A stretch of DNA of 63,740 bases, filler included, from Octopus bimaculoides (GCF_001194135.2; 6 parts of 6 records of this genome joined end to end with filler, not necessarily neighbours in it); one strand, 5' to 3'; shown: positions 36,311-48,693, numbered from the whole stretch's first letter. A program made the numbers and translations. The notes: a model not told the origin generated them from the letters alone.

Positions 36311-36784
36311 ATATATATATATATATATAAATCAGAGCAACAATTTCTGACTTGCTTCAAAAGCTTGTGGTACATTTGCAAAAACCATATGTATGTCACA
36401 CGTGTGCCATAATTCAGAGACAGAAAATGTCTTACATCTTGATTCTACCATACAAATGATTTAGTGATATATATCTCTTGCATTATATTCTATTTATATT
36501 TTGCTAAATTATGTCTGTGTGTCATTATTAATTGTTGAGGTTTTAACTATAGCCATTAATTGATTATTGATAATGAGAGCAGCAAGTAGAATTAACAAGA
36601 AACAGATGTAATTATAGATACAAACAATATTATTCTTCTAATCTCTTTTGGTATGTTTGACAAAATATAGCTACAGATGATGCATTACCCATAGCTTTTA
36701 ATTTAATTAATAACAAGACAATGACAAATCTAACTCCTGATAAAAGTAACTAAATTATATCTATCTGTCTGTCTGTCTGTCTGC

Positions 36785-36864
<80 letters not shown>

Positions 36865-37141
36865 NNNNNNNNNNNNNNNNNNNNNNNNNNNNNNNNNNNN
36901 NNNNNNNNNNNNNNNNNNNNNNNNNNNNNNNNNNNNNNNNNNNNNNNNNNNNNNNNNNNNNNNNNNNNNNNNNNNNNNNNNNNNNNNNNNNNNNNNNNNN
37001 NNNNNNNNNNNNNNNNNNNNNNNNNNNNNNNNNNNNNNNNNNNNNNNNNNNNNNNNNNNNNNNNNNNNNNNNNNNNNNNNNNNNNNNNNNNNNNNNNNNN
37101 NNNNNNNNNNNNNNNNNNNNNNNNNNNNNNNNNNNNNNNNN

Positions 37142-37191
<50 letters not shown>

Positions 37192-37249
37192 TATGTGTGT
37201 GTGTTTATATGTATTTATATTTATGCATATATGTAACTAGTACTTCATC

Positions 37250-37560
37250 AGTTATGACAATAAATGTTGCATTCCAGTTGATTCGATCAATGGAACAGCC
37301 TGCTTGTGAAATTAACATGCCAGTGGCTGAGCACTCTACAGACACACATAACCTTAATGTAGTTCTCAATGAGATTCAGTGTGACACAGAATATGACAAG
37401 GCTAACCCCTTTGAAATACAGGTATGACTTATTTTTGCCAGCTGAGTGGACTGGAGCAATGTGAAATAAAGTATTTAGCTCAAGGGCACAATGCACTGCT
37501 GGGAATTGAACTTTCAACCTTGTGATTGTGAGCCAAATTGCTAACCACTAAGCCATATGC
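37250..37560 (-). mobile_element. SINE family C variant
   Basis: The 3' body matches 25224-25610 and the head matches C2 (GCTGAGTGGACTGGAGCAATGTGAAATAAAG). Confidence 0.7.
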
Positions 37561-38019
37561 CTTCACTGTGTATATATGTATGTTTACAATGTATATATTA
37601 CCCCTTTGATATTTCACAACCTTCAGTCCCATCTATGAAACAAAATGATGGTAATAATGGTTTGTTGTTTACATGTTTTTTGGTAGGTTGCAAAGGATTC
37701 TGGGAATATTTATTGTTTTATCTGATAAAGTCATTAAATTAATAAAATTATTCAACAGTTAAATCCTTCTGCACTACATTATTAATTTACATGATGTTTA
37801 CTTGTGTTGATTTTAGGTTTGTATTTGTTATTAGTAAAAACTTTCAGAGTTAATCTCATTTTCTTTGGAATTCTATATAAAATGGTTGTACTGTCATATC
37901 TGTCAACAAATGTTTTTCTGCGGTCATTATCATGATGATGATCATCATCATTATCTTCATTTAGTGTCCACTCTCCGATGCTTGATTGCATCAGACAGAA
38001 TTTATTGAAGCAGACTTTT

Positions 38020-38520
38020 TATAGTCACAGGTGTGGCTGTATGTGCAGGCATGACTGTGTTGTAGGAAGTTTGCTCCCAAACCCCATGGTTCAAGATTCA
38101 GTCCCTCTGCATGACACATTGGGCAGGTGTCTTCTACTATAGCCTCAGGTCGAACAAAGTCTTGTGAGTGGATTCAGTGATTGAAACCAGAAGTTTGTTG
38201 TATAAATCTCTATATATAGCTATTTGCATGTGTTTTTATATCTCTGTTTGTCCCCTCCCACCACTGTGTTTGTCCCCTCCCACCACTGTGTTTGTCCTCT
38301 CCCACCACTGTGTTTGTCCCCTCCTACCACTGTGTTTGTCTCTCACCAATCGTTGCTGGTGTGTTTACATTCCCATAACGTAGTAGCTCAACAAAAGCGA
38401 CTGATAGGAAAAGTACCAGCTTTAAAAAAGTAAGTACTGGTGTCAGTACATTCCACTAAAAATCCTTCAAAGTGGTGCTCCAGCATGGCTGTAGTCTAAT
38501 GACTGAAACAAAAGATAAAA
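38020..38520 (+). mobile_element. SINE family A with an internal 22-bp tandem expansion (38245-38340)
   Basis: Head and tail match family A. TGTTTGTCCCCTCCCACCACTG occurs 4.4 times. Confidence 0.8.
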
Positions 38521-38804
38521 GGTAGTTGGATGCTCTTCTTGTCACCAATGTTCACTTGTTTACAAGAAAAGTAATATTTTCCTATGGCTAGACGTGTTTT
38601 TCATGGAAGACTGGAAACAGAGAAACAAAATGGATAATGTCACTTATATGACGACCACTATATGATGTCTAGACACACAAACACATCTACTTTTATTTTG
38701 TGTTCTGAATTATAATGAATTCCAATGGCTCCTCATTACAAACACATGCGTAATTCTTTAGCTTTCAGATTTCTCTGCCAAATGTAATGCTTATTTGTTC
38801 ACAG

Positions 38805-39132
38805 GCTCTGTGGTTAGAGCATCAGGTTCACAATCATGAGGAAGTGAATTTGATTCATGGACGATGGGGCTGTGTTGTGTTCTTGAGCAAGGCACTTTAT
38901 TTCACATTGCTCCAGTTTACTCAGCTGTAGAAATGAGTTGTGACATCACTAGTACCAAGCTTTGTCAGTATTTCCTTTTCTCTTGGATAAAATCAGTGTC
39001 ATAAAGAGGGGAGACTAGTATGCATGGGTGACTGCTGGTCTTCCATAAATTACTTTGCCCAGACTTGTGCCTTGAAGGGGAACTTTCTAGGTGCAACCCC
39101 ATGGTCATTCATGACTGAAGGGGGTCTTTACC
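38805..39132 (+). mobile_element. SINE family C2
   Basis: Colinear with 17243-17572. Confidence 0.75.
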
Positions 39133-40539
39133 TTTTGAATGAATCATGCATTACCTTGTAGCTTTGCGATTTTGATGATGTGATTGTGTTTATTTTTAGA
39201 ATAATATTATGTGAGAGGCCAGATGTGACCAATCTGAAAATAAAATAGATAGAATATTTTGGTCAGATATGGCCAGTATAAATGCTAAATTGTTAACCAA
39301 CAAGAAAGTGTTCAAACTGTATATCAAGTGTAACAGTTTGAGTCATGATGTGTGCAACTTTTACGTTTACATTGGAATCTGTGTATTACATTGGTTGTCT
39401 GAAATATGTTTTATATTTTACTTGTTTATGGTTTCATGTTATGATGATGGTGGTGTCATTTTAGTCTTATTGTAGTTATAATCTAGGAGTCTGTAATTAA
39501 GTGTGCTTCAGGTTATATTCTGTTTCATGAGTTTTTTGTCTTTTATGATGCATATGTCTATTTCATTCTTGTAGGACAGGATTTGTGTGTGAGTGTGTGT
39601 GTGTGTGTGTATTTAAAAATATATCTGTGTGTTTATATAAAAGTGTGTGTGTGTGTCTACAAAAAAATTTGTGCGTGTGTGTCTATATAAAAATGTGTGT
39701 GTATGTGTGTGTTTGTTAGTCTTGGGCTATAAGTAGGGATTGGTGTGAGAATGTGGTAAAGGAGAAAGAAAAGGGAGAAATAGCCAGAGTTAGAAGGAGC
39801 AATGGAAAACAGTGATTGTAGGATGTAATGAAGGAGACATTAATGGCCAGAGTAATAGGAGGGTGCAAGTGATGGACAGTCATAAAAACTGTTGATGGTA
39901 AGTATGTGATGGATGTCAGTAATGAATAACTTGAGAAGGAAAGGGAGGGAGGGAGGGAGGAAGCAGAGGCTAGCAATATAAAAGATGTTAGCTGGTAAGT
40001 GATGAATAGGCAGGATGGATATATGAGGAAGGAGAATTAAAGGTTGGGGTTTAATGGATCTGATGCAATTCCACTGAGGTGGGATTGGTGAGGGGAGATC
40101 ATGAATGTGTGCATGGGCGTGTGATGGTTGTCAATGAAGGCAGCATAGGAGGTTAATGTTAGCTGGTAATAAAGTGATGGATCTCAATAGAAGAGTGACC
40201 CAGGGGAGTGGGTGTGCTGGTTAGCAGTGCAGCCTTAGAAGAAAGGATGTATCAGTCATCCCTCATTACTCAAGCAATGTGGTGGAAGGGAAAAATGAGC
40301 AGAGAAATTTAGATGTTGGTGCAAGTGGGTGTTAATGTGGAGTTCTTTATGGTGAATAACAGAAAGGTGATTAAGAGATGAGAGGACATCAAACAGGCAA
40401 GAAAGATTACAGGTGAAGGCTTAACTCACCAGGTACAAAATGAGTAAATTAACTGAATATAGCCATATTATATATTCTAGCCTCCATCAATTCCCTCTTC
40501 TTTAACATATTTTCACCCTGTTTGCTCAGATAGTTAGGG

Positions 40540-42100
40540 TTTCTCAAGTCCCATATATTGCCAATCAACACAGTTCTTTGTCATCTACACGAGATGCAAC
40601 ATACTGAGATAAGTCTTCACTGCTTTGTTCCAAATTTTCCTGAGTCTCCCTCTTGCATAGGTTCCATTTATTATGAGTACCTGGGATTTCTTTATGCACT
40701 TGTCATCATCAATACACATCATATGTCCATATCAGCACAGTTCATCTAATTCCTCTTATACACAATTTTACTCTCAGCTTATTGTACTCTGTTATACATG
40801 CACATTAACATTACAGGTCGAGTGAAGCATACTTGCTTCTTCCTCATCTTTGCAAGTCTTCTGTATTCATGACTCACATCTTGTTGCCATGCAGCATTAG
40901 ATTTTGTATAAAAGCATCATACAATCTGTTCTTCATTTCTGAGGGACAAACCAGTTATTGTCAACAAAGGTGATTCCCACTTTCACTCAGGCTACTATGC
41001 TTTCAGAACACCCCATCCTAGAAACTAGAACAGAAACTGTCAACTCCTATTAGAATGCCATCCAGTCATCTGTGAGTGTGTACTTCACATGCATTCTTAG
41101 ATTATTTCTCCTGTGTTTCTACCACATCTGAAAGTTGCCTTCTTCATTAGTCTTCTTTTGAGCTCACTACACACTTTATGTGTCCATTGTTTACATAGGG
41201 CATACCATATGAATTTTCTACCTACTTTGTTTCTACACATTGAACATGGCTATTTCCCCTGATGATTTCAGGGTCCTTTTTTTCCTATCCTACTTACAAT
41301 TACTATATTTTTTGCTAAGTTTTCCATAACATCTTAGAGTTCTAGGTTTTGCTTCCATGTCTGGAATTACTTCTTCAAATCATTTGCAGATTCTGTAACA
41401 CATGAGTTTTTCTGAGCCTTTGGTCTTAAACTCCTCTATTATAGCTTAGAGGTCTAAAATAAGCAGGTGGAGAATGAGAGCTGAACCATGTTGAACCCCA
41501 CCTGTATATTAAATTCATTGCTGAACTTGTTGCAATCCGTCTACCTTGCAAACTGCACCTCTGGGTATGACTTGTACAGCCCCCAGAAGCTGTTCATCAA
41601 GCCCTAACCTCTTCAGTGTCCACCAGATCACAGAGTGAGATATCCCATGAAAACCATCTCCGAGTCGAGAAATGCTTAATTTATCAGCTTACTAAGTTTT
41701 CTGCAGTTTTCTCACTGGAACTGATATTAGTTGAACTTCTTCCTAGTGCAAAGTTGTATTGCATCTTGTCTAAACTAATCCTGTTTCTAATCAGTTTTGC
41801 ACATTACTCTAACCTCTCCCCAGTGCAAAACTACATTTCATATCATTTAGGCTAATCCTGTTCTTAATCAGTTTTGCAATAACATGTTCTCTAACTTCCA
41901 TAATGTCATCTAACAATTTGATGTTTCTGTAGTTTTCTTACTCTAGTGCAATTCCTTTGCTCTTATAGCAGTTTACAAAGATACTACTACACTAGTCATT
42001 GGGTATGACACCTACTTGTACTTCCTGTGTATGTGACTAGTCCAGTTGAAACTCTGGTAGAAATTTTAAGCATCTTACTGGTATATTCTGATTGATCAAT
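40540..42100 (-). mobile_element. Degenerate RTE-clade LINE, reverse transcriptase and 3' region
   Basis: Minus-strand peptides with many stops and frameshifts resemble RTE RT motifs: ...YKSKGIAL..ENYRNIKLLDDIMEV.EHVI (41850-42000), a GVHQGSVLSPLLF-like segment (about 41460-41505), and C-terminal GCSESIVA and GRPRKTW-like segments. Confidence 0.85.
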
Positions 42101-42145
42101 ATGTATGTCTATGTATATACGCATACATATGCATATATATAATAT

Positions 42146-42175
42146 ACTAGCAGTATAGCCCGGCTTTGCCCGGGA
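42146..42175 (-). mobile_element. Helitron-like 3' terminus
   Basis: On the minus strand, the hairpin CCCGG-GCAAAG-CCGGG is followed 8 nt later by CTAG|T. Confidence 0.65.
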
Positions 42176-42524
42176 TTAAGTTGGGATTATTAAGCTAATG
42201 AAGTTCTTTATTTCAAACCAAACTAAGTAACATGACGTCAAATTTGGGCAGAATCAGTGTTGCAACTGGAGCGCATGGGTTGAGAGTTTGATCGGCAGAG
42301 GTGATCAGGTTACACATGCCATCCCTTTGAAAACACCACCGCCATCATCTAACCCCTCTTTGCTCATGGGTTAGGAACCCGGAGAACATTATTTTTCTTT
42401 GTGGTTGGGTCGTTGATGACCTCTTTCTAGCATATTGGATGTCCACCTAGTGGTCATCCCTTATACACGTGTAATACAAATTTTTCTGAATTTTCAGATT
42501 TGTTATATGCTAGGCCACTTGGTT

Positions 42525-42624
42525 NNNNNNNNNNNNNNNNNNNNNNNNNNNNNNNNNNNNNNNNNNNNTTAATTAATTAANNNNNNNNNNNNNNNNNNNN
42601 NNNNNNNNNNNNNNNNNNNNNNNN
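42525..42624. other. Assembly spacer N44-TTAATTAATTAA-N44
   Basis: Same 100-bp structure. Confidence 0.97.
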
Positions 42625-42815
42625 ATTGACCAGTTAACGATATTGAAACTGTAAGTCACGACTGGTATGGCTAGAGCATTGATCGCTTCGATCCTGTTTC
42701 TCGCGTTCAGCTCTGTCTTCAGTATTGCTCTCACCCTGCGATAACATTCTCTTCTGATCCTTTCCCTCATCACTGAGTGCTTGATATTGTCCCCTTCAAT
42801 TACCCCTAGGTATTT
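42625..42815 (-). mobile_element. Dong/R4-clade LINE RT fragment, 5'-truncated
   Basis: Stop-free KYLGVIEGDNIKHSVMRERIRRECYRRVRAILKTELNARNRIEAINALAIPVVTYSFNIVNWS resembles the YKYLG...AINxxAxPVxxYSF region of R4/Dong RTs. It abuts (AAT)n. Confidence 0.8.
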
Positions 42816-42828
42816 ATTATTATTATTA

Positions 42829-42898
<70 letters not shown>

Positions 42899-42914
42899 CA
42901 TTATTATTATTATT
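42813..42914. repeat. (AAT)n microsatellite
   Basis: About 33 units with two interruptions. Confidence 0.97.
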
Positions 42915-43149
42915 CAGGTCACTGCCTGGAATCAAACTCAGAATCTTGGAGTTAGTAGCCCGAGCTCTTAATCACTACGCTATATGCCCGAGGGCAGATG
43001 AAGGCTGGAGGGGATATCAGCCAAAACGTTGTGTTAAGAACAAACAAGATGAGGACAAATGTCCATCAAATGTAAATAATATAAAAATCTAATATATAAA
43101 TGTAAAACTACATCTGTGGGAAATGAATACTTTTACATTAGTGTGAATG

Positions 43150-43380
43150 CATTAATTTCTAAAGTGAGATTAGCTGATCACTTAAATTCATTTAGAGATA
43201 AAAATAAAATATTCCAAACAAGTCTAAGTAAATTAATCTGGTCTATTAAAGACAGAAACAAAGATAGTACGATCAATTGGGAATTCATACAACAAAAACA
43301 TACAGACCAGGAACTAATAAATGTGACATGTCTATAGAAGAATTTTATCAAATTTTTACACGGCTAATATACTAAATTCT
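43150..43380 (+). mobile_element. Penelope-like element GIY-YIG endonuclease fragment, frameshifted
   Basis: RLADHLNSFRDKNKIFQTSLSKLIWSIKDRNKDSTINWEFI followed, in another frame, by TYRPGTNKCDMSIEEFYQIF. This follows the PLE pattern HxxSF...TxLSKxIW.LK...I.W.I...Y..G..KC.LC..E. Confidence 0.75.
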
Positions 43381-43630
43381 AGGCAGGAACAAGGTTTAAG
43401 ATACTTTGAATATGAGAAAATTTACCTTTGATCAATATAAATGAGTTATAAACATTTAAACAAAGAAATGTTTTGAAATAACTGGCGATGAGGAATGGAA
43501 GTCTGATAATCCCCTCAATACTTGAATTAATTATAGGCTGCGTCTAAATTGATATACAACACCACATCATAGGATGCAAAGAAAATCAGCAAAAAACTTT
43601 AAACCGTTAAATCAAAGGATACTGAAGTGA

Positions 43631-43716
43631 AGACCCTGAAGAAACTGCACCAGTATTATAGTTGGGTTGCCATTGCAATGGTTACTAATCGATGCAGTTG
43701 AAACATGTGTAGGTTT
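43631..43716 (+). ncRNA. Minimal type I hammerhead ribozyme (Penelope-type)
   Basis: AGACC-CUGAAGA-AACUGCA...UGCAGUU-GAA-AC-AUGU-GU-A-GGUUU. The core, a 7-bp stem II, a 5-bp stem I, a palindromic stem III and a GUA cleavage triplet are all intact. Confidence 0.75.
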
Positions 43717-43734
43717 CTATTGTATTGATTAATA

Positions 43735-43771
<37 letters not shown>

Positions 43772-43922
43772 AATTAACTACCAACAAAAATAATTGGTAA
43801 GCTAACTCAAAAAACATCACCAAAATAGCAGAAAAAAACGACAGTGAAGATATGTAGGCTCTTCAAGAATCGATCCTTTTGGTTATATTAATAATAATAA
43901 AGGAGTTACGACGCAAAAACGT

Positions 43923-44223
43923 ATATATTCAAATGAACATATTTATCTTCTTCAATATATATTTCAGTATAAAGAATTCATTAAGTGACTTAATAAATCA
44001 AAATTTCTTTACACATCTTCAGGTATAAATATAACACCAGAAAAACTACATTGTGAAATTTTTTCGCCATGAACGGTTTGTATTTTTAAACCGAATGTAG
44101 TTTTTCTGGTGTTATATTTATTCCTGAAGATGTGTAAAGAAATTTTGATTTATTAAGTCGCTTAATGAATTCTTTATACTGAAATATATATTGAAGAAGA
44201 TAAATATGTTCATTTGAATATAT
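43923..44223. repeat. Near-perfect long inverted repeat (130-bp arms, 41-nt loop), truncated by an N gap
   Basis: 43923-44052 versus the reverse complement of 44094-44223 is 128/130 identical. Confidence 0.95.
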
Positions 44224-45075
44224 NNNNNNNNNNNNNNNNNNNNNNNNNNNNNNNNNNNNNNNNNNNNNNNNNNNNNNNNNNNNNNNNNNNNNNNNNNNNN
44301 NNNNNNNNNNNNNNNNNNNNNNNNNNNNNNNNNNNNNNNNNNNNNNNNNNNNNNNNNNNNNNNNNNNNNNNNNNNNNNNNNNNNNNNNNNNNNNNNNNNN
44401 NNNNNNNNNNNNNNNNNNNNNNNNNNNNNNNNNNNNNNNNNNNNNNNNNNNNNNNNNNNNNNNNNNNNNNNNNNNNNNNNNNNNNNNNNNNNNNNNNNNN
44501 NNNNNNNNNNNNNNNNNNNNNNNNNNNNNNNNNNNNNNNNNNNNNNNNNNNNNNNNNNNNNNNNNNNNNNNNNNNNNNNNNNNNNNNNNNNNNNNNNNNN
44601 NNNNNNNNNNNNNNNNNNNNNNNNNNNNNNNNNNNNNNNNNNNNNNNNNNNNNNNNNNNNNNNNNNNNNNNNNNNNNNNNNNNNNNNNNNNNNNNNNNNN
44701 NNNNNNNNNNNNNNNNNNNNNNNNNNNNNNNNNNNNNNNNNNNNNNNNNNNNNNNNNNNNNNNNNNNNNNNNNNNNNNNNNNNNNNNNNNNNNNNNNNNN
44801 NNNNNNNNNNNNNNNNNNNNNNNNNNNNNNNNNNNNNNNNNNNNNNNNNNNNNNNNNNNNNNNNNNNNNNNNNNNNNNNNNNNNNNNNNNNNNNNNNNNN
44901 NNNNNNNNNNNNNNNNNNNNNNNNNNNNNNNNNNNNNNNNNNNNNNNNNNNNNNNNNNNNNNNNNNNNNNNNNNNNNNNNNNNNNNNNNNNNNNNNNNNN
45001 NNNNNNNNNNNNNNNNNNNNNNNNNNNNNNNNNNNNNNNNNNNNNNNNNNNNNNNNNNNNNNNNNNNNNNNNNNN

Positions 45076-45418
45076 TATTGACCCCAAAAGGATGAAAGGC
45101 AAAGTCGACCTCGGCAGAATTTGAACTCAGAACACAAAGACAGACAAAATACCGCTAATCATTTCACCCGGTGTGCTAACGTTTCTTATTTTTTTATTGC
45201 CCACAAGGGACTAAACATAGAGGGGACAAAGAAGGACAGACAAAGAGACTAAGTCAATTACATTGACCCCAGTGCATAACTGGTACTTATTTAATCGACC
45301 CTGAAAGGATGAAAGGCAAAGTCGACCTTGGCAGAATTTGAACTCAGAACATAACGGCAGACGAAATACTGATAAACATTTCGCATGGCACGCTAACGTT
45401 TCTGCCAGCTCGCCACCC
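45076..45418 (-). mobile_element. SINE family B, two partial tandem copies
   Basis: AAAGGATGAAAGGCAAAGTCGACCT(C/T)GGCAGAATTTGAACTCAGAAC occurs twice. Confidence 0.8.
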
Positions 45419-45878
45419 TTGTGTGTGTAAATATTGTAAAACTAAAACCACAGTTCATTTTATTTGTTTACTTTAGTGTTTCACAAACCAACGAAAGGGC
45501 CCCTCTCTGCATAAGCACTCGACATGCTAGAAATAGCATCCAATTTTCTTCAAATCACTCCTAACCGTCTTGGAAAAGGACATGTGGAGAACATGGTTTT
45601 GGGCTCCCTGTTCAGAGGTAAAACACGGGGTGACAATCTTGGGATGCATTTAGTTAGTTATAGGTCTAGTTTAGTTAGTACTAGGCGAAGTAGACTTGTT
45701 GTGGCTGTTAAGATAACATGCTTTGATAATCCAACAGGTGTCAATACAAGATAAGTGATGCTTGTTTGAACTCGTATTAACAAAAGAATGCCTAAAATTG
45801 TACGGTACATTGATTAATTTAATTATAGAATAATTAAATATTAATTGCTTATAGACCATTGTTTACTGTATTATTAGT

Positions 45879-46260
45879 GGAGGCGCAATGGCCCAGTGGT
45901 TAGGGCAGCGGACTCGCGGTCATAGGATCGCGGTTTCAATTCCCAGACCAGGCGTTGTGAGTGTTTATTGAGCGAAAACACTTAAAGCTCCATGAGGCTC
46001 CGGCAGGGGATGGTGGCGAACCCTGCTGTACTCTTTCACCACAACTTTCTCTCACTCTTACTTCCTGTTTCTGTTGTGCCTGTATTTCAAAGGGTCAGCC
46101 TTGTCACACTCTGTGTCACGCTGAATATCCCCCGAGAACTACGTTAAGGGTACACGTGTCTGTGGAGTGCTCAGCCACTTGCACGTTAATTTCACAAGCA
46201 GGCTGTTCCGTTGATCGGATCAACTGGAACCCTCGACGTCGTAAGTGACGGAGTGCCAAC
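45879..46260 (+). mobile_element. Full-length tRNA-derived SINE family C with target-site duplication
   Basis: A box TGGCCCAGTGG and B-box-like GGTTTCAATTCC. TSD TACTGTATTATTA(G/C)T at 45864-45878 and 46262-46276 (14/15). Confidence 0.92.
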
Positions 46261-46879
46261 ATACTGTATTATTACTAACTGTATATAGATTAATATAGAA
46301 TGATTAAACAGGTTGAATTCGTAGAAATAATTCACAGCTAATTCGTTTCAAGACTGTCAAATTTTTAGCATTGATGACAAAGTACGTGAAGATTTGAAAA
46401 GTAAAAACAACTTGAGAAGACAAATGTCATAAAAAGAAGTTATTTCAAAAAATGGATCAGAAGCACTCGGATAGCGAGATAAAAATACAGTAATAGCTAA
46501 AGTGAAATTATTGCATTAATTGTCATACTTACAAAATATTTAGGTTCAGGACACTTGGCAAAATTGTGAATAAACAACAGTGTCAGGATAAATGCCATTA
46601 AGAATTGTTCCATAGTGACTTTTGGTAATAAATTTAGTCGAGATTGAAATATCGATACTGCAGATAAGAATAACTTCAGTCAGATGATGATTGAGATAAT
46701 AACAACATCAGCAACAGTATCATTAAAAGATTATAATTTCCAAATTTTTCTCTGTGCAAACATACCGGATACACAGGGAGTGACAATACATTACATTTGA
46801 GAGAATAATTAGTAATTAGTGTTAAATAATTAAAGTTGATAAGAAACAATTAATGTTAGTAGGCGTCATGCTGATGGGA

Positions 46880-47080
46880 TTGTTAGCCTGTCATACTTCA
46901 GGAGGCATATATTCCAACTCATTCTGCGTTCAAATCCCGCCCAGATCAATTTTACCTTTCATCGTTTTGTGGTTGATAAAAAAAAATAAATAAACTCCAG
47001 CCATGAACTGGAGTCAGTGTAGTTGACTAACTCCTTCCCTTTGAAATTACTGGTCTTCAGTCAAAAGTGGAAGCAATTAT
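46880..47080 (+). mobile_element. SINE family B, degenerate
   Basis: GCGTTCAAATCCCGCC...CCTTTCATCG...GATAAA...CTGGAGTCAGTGTAGTTGACT. Confidence 0.6.
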
Positions 47081-48346
47081 TTTGGTATGTATAGGAAACA
47101 GTTTGGGTCATGTTTCGGCTTAATTCTGACCTTAGCATCAAAACAGATCTCGTATTTGCTGAAGTAGTGTGGGTGTCAAAAATTAGAACACATTAGAAAG
47201 TAAATAACACATGAAAAGCAACAATCAAATTGGTGTTAACTTATTTGATGTAGGGACCATTAAAATAAAACTAGAAATAATTATAATATTTCAATTATAA
47301 TTTATAAATGCAGGAGACAACAAGTTTCTTTCCTGGTAAAAATATACACTTGTATGTATACGTCTGTTATTTCTGTTTATGAATGACGATGATAAGTTAA
47401 ATATGATCCTATACTGCCAGCCCCTACCACTAAACTTGGATGAATAAAATCCCATGTTAGTTTTTTTATTTTTTTGTAAATGTGAGCTAAAACAACAATT
47501 CATACTTTTTTATAATTGTGAAATAAGATTACAATTATTTGAATATATACTTACAAATCTCCTCACTTTTATTATTGTCCCTGTCCATGCTACTTCCACC
47601 AATCACGATCCCACCTTTCTGTGCCTTTTGTAATCTCCACCCCATATCTGAGCTAAACCTTAAGTCTTTCATATCTCATCTTTAACACCTCTCCTATCTG
47701 CTATAATCTTCAACACCTCATCTCTGCTATTGATGATCCTTCCACCTTTGTTACCCTCACTTACTTTAGCCACCCTTGTGTACCTCTGACCTCCATCTCA
47801 GCCACAGTTTATTACCCTTTTTCTCTATTCTCACATCCTGCACACCCTCTCCCTAATTTTTTTATCTATCCACAGATATATGCTACTGTTGCCCTCCACC
47901 CTTTATGTGCTGATAATTGTCACCTCCTCCTCCCTCAAACACTTCTATCTCTTCCACCTCCTCCCTTCCATTCTGATATTTACCATCAACTACACCTCCA
48001 CCCTTCTTCATCACTCAATACATCCACCTCTACCCTCATCTTTAAACATTTGTTACTTTCCTCCCACACCCTTATGAAATTACCCACTCCACTGTCCATA
48101 TTCTTTCTTATACTCACTTTCATGTACCTTGAGAGTTTGCTCTGACACCTTGTCAACACAATCTCTATCTTCCTTCCAGCTACCTGCACAAAATGTGGGG
48201 TAGTCATGTATCTCTTCTATAGCAAGACACCTGTGCTTCATCCTCTATCCTACTTTAGACTCTCTGCATGTAGTAGAAACCTACCCCCCTCTCTACTATG
48301 ATTCCTTTAAGTCAAGAGTATTTTCTTTGTTACATTGTAACCTCAC

Positions 48347-48693
48347 TTGATCCGATCAACGGAACAGCCTGCTTGTGAAATTAACAGGCAAGTGGCTGAA
48401 TACTCCACAGACACGTGTTCCCTTAACGTAGTTCTCGGGGGATATTCAGCGTGACACAGAGTGTGGCAAGGCTGACCCTTTGAATTACAGGTACAACAGA
48501 AACAGGAAGTAAGAGTGAGAGAAAGTTGTGGTGAAAGAGTACAGCAGGGTTCGCTACCATCCCCTGCCAGAGCCTCGTGGAGCTTTTAGGTGTTTTCGCT
48601 CAATAAACACTCACAACGCCCAGTCTGGGAATCGAAACCGCGATCCTATGACCGCGAGTCCGCTGCCCTAACTACTGGGCCATTGTGCTTCCA
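48347..48693 (-). mobile_element. SINE family C
   Basis: Reverse complement of 45879-46260. Confidence 0.9.

Noticed and set aside
42573-42935. 120-aa ORF with poly-Asn N-terminus
   Set aside because: The poly-Asn is the (AAT)n microsatellite in frame with a LINE RT fragment, not a host gene.
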